Shown here: one piece after another, positions 61,416 to 64,000 of the stretch
Numbering within the stretch: position 1 is the stretch's first letter
Layout: every line of letters starts with the position of its first letter
From: Actinomycetota bacterium
GTDB taxonomy: Bacteria; Actinomycetota; Thermoleophilia; UBA2241
DNA: 64,000 bases
Reading direction: 5' to 3'
Assembly: GCA_012514235.1 (NCBI GenBank)
Contig: JAAZAR010000029.1
Coordinates: forward strand, 39-64,038
The notes under the pieces: generated by a model
Seen by the model: the letters and a program-made list of their open reading frames with translations, nothing else
The model's database searches: none
Told to the model about the DNA's origin: nothing
Made by a program: the position numbers and the translations under genes

Positions 61416-63488
61416 TCAGCTCTTCTGCGCCTCTTCCTTGTCCTTCTGGGCCTGCTCGACGATCTTGGCGGCGAGGTGCGCGGGGACCTCTTCGTACCGG
61501 AGGAACTCCATGTGGTAGTCGCCGCGTCCGCCGGTCATCGACGTGAGGTCCGGCGCGTAGCTGAGCATCTCGGCGAGCGGCACCTCGGCGCCGACCACGT
61601 TGTTGTGGCCGCGCGGCGTGGTGCCGAGCACCCGGCCGCGCCGCGAGTTGAGGTCGCCGATGATGTCGCCGACGTTCTCCTCCGGCACGGTGATCTCGAC
61701 GCTCATGATGGGTTCGAGCAGCACGGGTTGCGCCTTCTCCGCGGCGGCCTTGAACCCGAGCGAGCCGGCGATCTGGAACGCCATGTCGCTCGAGTCGACG
61801 GGGTGGAACTTGCCGTCGTAGAGCGTGACCTGGACGTCGACCACGGGGTAGCCGGCCAGGAACCCCTCGGCCATGGCCGCGCGCACGCCCTTCTCCACGG
61901 CCGGGATGAAGTTGCGCGGGATGGCGCCGCCGACGATCTTGTCGACGAACTCGAAGCCCTCGCCGCGCGGCTTGGGCGACACCTCCATCCAGGTGTCGGC
62001 GAACTGACCGCGGCCGCCGGTCTGCTTCTTGTGCTTGCCCTCGGCCTTGGCGGTCCCCTTGATGGTCTCACGGTAGGGGACGCGCGGCGGCTTGAGCTCG
62101 ACCTCGACGCCGAACCGGCGCTTCATGCGCGCCACGGTGACCTCGACGTGCACCTGGCTCATGCCCCCGACGATCATCTCGCCGGTCTGATCGTCGCGGT
62201 GCACCTCGAGCATCGGGTCTTCTTCGGAGAGGCGCCGGAGGGCGGAGATGACCTTGTCCTCCTCGCCCTTGCTCTTGGCGGTGATGGCGAAGCTCATGAG
62301 CGGGGCGGGGAAGTCGACCGGCGCGAACGCGCCCGCCCCGGCCTCGGCGCTCAGGGTGTCGCCGGTGACGACGTCCTTGAGCTTGGCGATGGCCCCGATG
62401 TCGCCGGCGACCAGGCTGTCGGTCGGCTTGTTCTCCTTGCCCTGGGTCTTGAGGAGCTGGCCCAGGCGCTCCTTGTGGCCGTCGCGGGCGACGACGAGCT
62501 GGGAATCGCTGCTGACCGTGCCCTGGAACACGCGGAACACGTTGACGTGACCGCTGAACGGGTCGGCGAGCGTCTTGAACACGAAGGCGACCGCAGGCTT
62601 GGACGGGTCGCACTCGAGCTGGACCTCCTCGTCGCCCTTGAGCACCTTGGGCGCCGGCACGTCGGCCGGCGACGGCGCGAGCGCCAGCACGTCGAAGAGC
62701 CTGTCGGCGCCGACGTTGGCAGTCGCGGAGACGCAGGCGACCGGGAAGAGCTGCGCGGCCGCGACGGCCGCGGCGAAGGCGGCGTTGAGCTCGTCCGCCG
62801 TGATCTCCTCCTCCATGAGGTACTTCTCGGCGAGGTCGTCGTTGGTGCTGGCGACGGCGTCGATGAGCTTGTCGCGGGCGGCCGCAGCGGCGTCGGCAAG
62901 ATCTGCGGGGATGTCGCCCTCGGTCGCCTTGCCGCCGGCGTAGGTGTAGGCCTTCATCGAGAGGAGGTCGACGATGCCGTTGAAGTCGTGCTCCTTGCCG
63001 ATCGGCAACTGGACGGCGACGACCTGCGCGCCGAACGCCTCCTGCAGGGCCGCCACGGCGGCGTCGAAGTCGGCGCGCTCGCGGTCGAGCATGTTGCAGA
63101 CGATGACGCGGCCGAGCCCGCGCGCCTCGGCCCGCTCCCAGAGCCGCTCGGTCTGGACCTCGACGCCCAGCACCGTGTTGACCACCACGAGCGCCGTCTC
63201 GACCACCTGGAGGCCGGCGATGGCGTCGGCAAGGAAGCTGGAGTCGCCGGGGGTGTCGAGGAGGTTGTACGAGAGACCGGCGTGATCGATGTGCGCCAGA
63301 CCGGCCGAGAGGCTCATCTGGCGCTTCTTCTCGTCCTCGTCCCAGTCGGACACGGTGGTGCCGTCCGCGACGGAGCCCAGCCGCGTGACCGCGCCGGCGG
63401 CGAACAGCAGCGCCTCGAACAACGACGTCTTGCCGGTGCCGCGGTGGCCGACGAGAGCGATGTTCCTGATCTTGGCTGGGTCGTTCAT
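61416..63488 (-). CDS. elongation factor G paralogue with degenerate GTPase motifs
   Basis: ATG 63488 ([28 protein letters not shown]). Five-domain EF-G architecture through the C-terminus. G3 reads DTPGD and G4 reads NMLD. Confidence 0.88.
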   Translation of the reverse strand: MNDPAKIRNIALVGHRGTGKTSLFEALLFAAGAVTRLGSVADGTTVSDWDEDEKKRQMSLSAGLAHIDHAGLSYNLLDTPGDSSFLADAIAGLQVVETALVVVNTVLGVEVQTERLWERAEARGLGRVIVCNMLDRERADFDAAVAALQEAFGAQVVAVQLPIGKEHDFNGIVDLLSMKAYTYAGGKATEGDIPADLADAAAAARDKLIDAVASTNDDLAEKYLMEEEITADELNAAFAAAVAAAQLFPVACVSATANVGADRLFDVLALAPSPADVPAPKVLKGDEEVQLECDPSKPAVAFVFKTLADPFSGHVNVFRVFQGTVSSDSQLVVARDGHKERLGQLLKTQGKENKPTDSLVAGDIGAIAKLKDVVTGDTLSAEAGAGAFAPVDFPAPLMSFAITAKSKGEEDKVISALRRLSEEDPMLEVHRDDQTGEMIVGGMSQVHVEVTVARMKRRFGVEVELKPPRVPYRETIKGTAKAEGKHKKQTGGRGQFADTWMEVSPKPRGEGFEFVDKIVGGAIPRNFIPAVEKGVRAAMAEGFLAGYPVVDVQVTLYDGKFHPVDSSDMAFQIAGSLGFKAAAEKAQPVLLEPIMSVEITVPEENVGDIIGDLNSRRGRVLGTTPRGHNNVVGAEVPLAEMLSYAPDLTSMTGGRGDYHMEFLRYEEVPAHLAAKIVEQAQKDKEEAQKS

Positions 63489-63512
63489 CCGGGGTCTCCT
63501 CGTTGTCGTTCG

Positions 63513-63548
63513 ACGGCCGCCTCGCGCGCCGGCGCGCGAGGCGGCCGT
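63513..63548. repeat. 36-nt perfect GC-rich palindrome between dinB and the EF-G paralogue
   Basis: ACGGCCGCCTCGCGCGCC|GGCGCGCGAGGCGGCCGT. It ends 24 nt upstream of the EF-G-like ATG. Confidence 0.6.
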
Positions 63549-63658
63549 TCGTGTCCTCTCGGAAGGATGAAGTCTAGCACAGGGGCGACGCTCGGAGGCT
63601 GCTCCGGCGGCCTCCCGCGGAGGCCCGTCCGTGAAGGCGGCGACAGGCCTCCGGAAGG

Positions 63659-64000
63659 TCACCGGCGACCGAGACTCGGGCGGGCGGAGGGCCCACCGGC
63701 CGATGAGCCGCGCGCCTCCGGGTCCTCGCTCGCCGTGAGGCCCGCGGCCGCCAGCGTGAGCGCCCTGAAGCCGTACTTCTGGCGCACCTTGTCGACCGCC
63801 TCGCCGAGCGCCACCTCCCGCCAGCCGTCGTCGAGGGTGAGCTGGAAGGCATTGTGCGTGAACCCGCTGAAGCTCACCCCCACGAGACGCACCCAGCGGG
63901 CGCCGACGTCCAGCTCGTCGAGCAGCGCCGTGGCCGTCTCGAAGAGCGGCCGCACGGCGCTGACCGGACGCGGCAGGGTGCGGCGCCGGCTCACGGTGTG
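63659..64000 (-). CDS. dinB: DNA polymerase IV (Y-family), C-terminal little-finger fragment; 5' end outside window
   Basis: ...SRRRTLPRPVSAVRPLFETATALLDEL...RWVRLVGVSFSGF... is a typical DinB C-terminus. The frame is open to the window edge. Confidence 0.75.
   Translation of the reverse strand, partial: HTVSRRRTLPRPVSAVRPLFETATALLDELDVGARWVRLVGVSFSGFTHNAFQLTLDDGWREVALGEAVDKVRQKYGFRALTLAAAGLTASEDPEARGSSAGGPSARPSLGRR

Overview
High-GC (about 70%) bacterial chromosome segment made up almost entirely of core housekeeping genes. About 57 CDS lie on the minus strand in one co-directional array; only lemA/htpX (left edge) and rpmB are on the plus strand. About 29 same-strand junctions overlap by 1-17 nt.

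Gene order, right to left as transcribed: dinB (partial), an EF-G paralogue, pdxS-pdxT, yebC, ruvCAB, queH-queA-tgt-yajC, parA-like-ftsZ-scpA-scpB-rluB, hisC-tyrA-cmk-plsC-ispH, DUF512-der-plsY-gpsA, metK, priA-def-fmt-rsmB-rpe, FMN riboswitch with ribD-ribE-ribBA-ribH, recG-degV-yloV-asp23, a DHH-CBS-CCA enzyme, an M50 protease, pgeF-yggS-sepF-proC-divIVA-DUF167, a small zinc-ribbon ORF, lspA-rluD, PyrR attenuator with pyrR-pyrB-pyrC-carA-carB-pyrK-pyrD, and mihF-gmk-rpoZ-coaBC. The synteny mixes Bacillus-like and actinobacterial blocks (mihF suggests an actinobacterium-like lineage; this is inference).

I found no rRNA, tRNA, CRISPR array, IS element, integrase, prophage or defence island, and no compositional island. 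I see no convincing wholly novel multi-gene system.

The best candidates for follow-up:
- ftsZ is displaced from its usual division cluster and translationally coupled to an orphan ParA-type ATPase next to scpAB.
- yebC carries an in-frame TAG.
- gmk has its P-loop upstream of any canonical start codon (probable ATC start, in frame with mihF).
- The EF-G paralogue has degenerate G3 and G4 motifs.
- A 55-aa zinc-ribbon ORF falls below the ORF-track cutoff.
- The degV translation-initiation region is tandemly duplicated.

All calls rest on motif and synteny recognition by eye; no searches were run.
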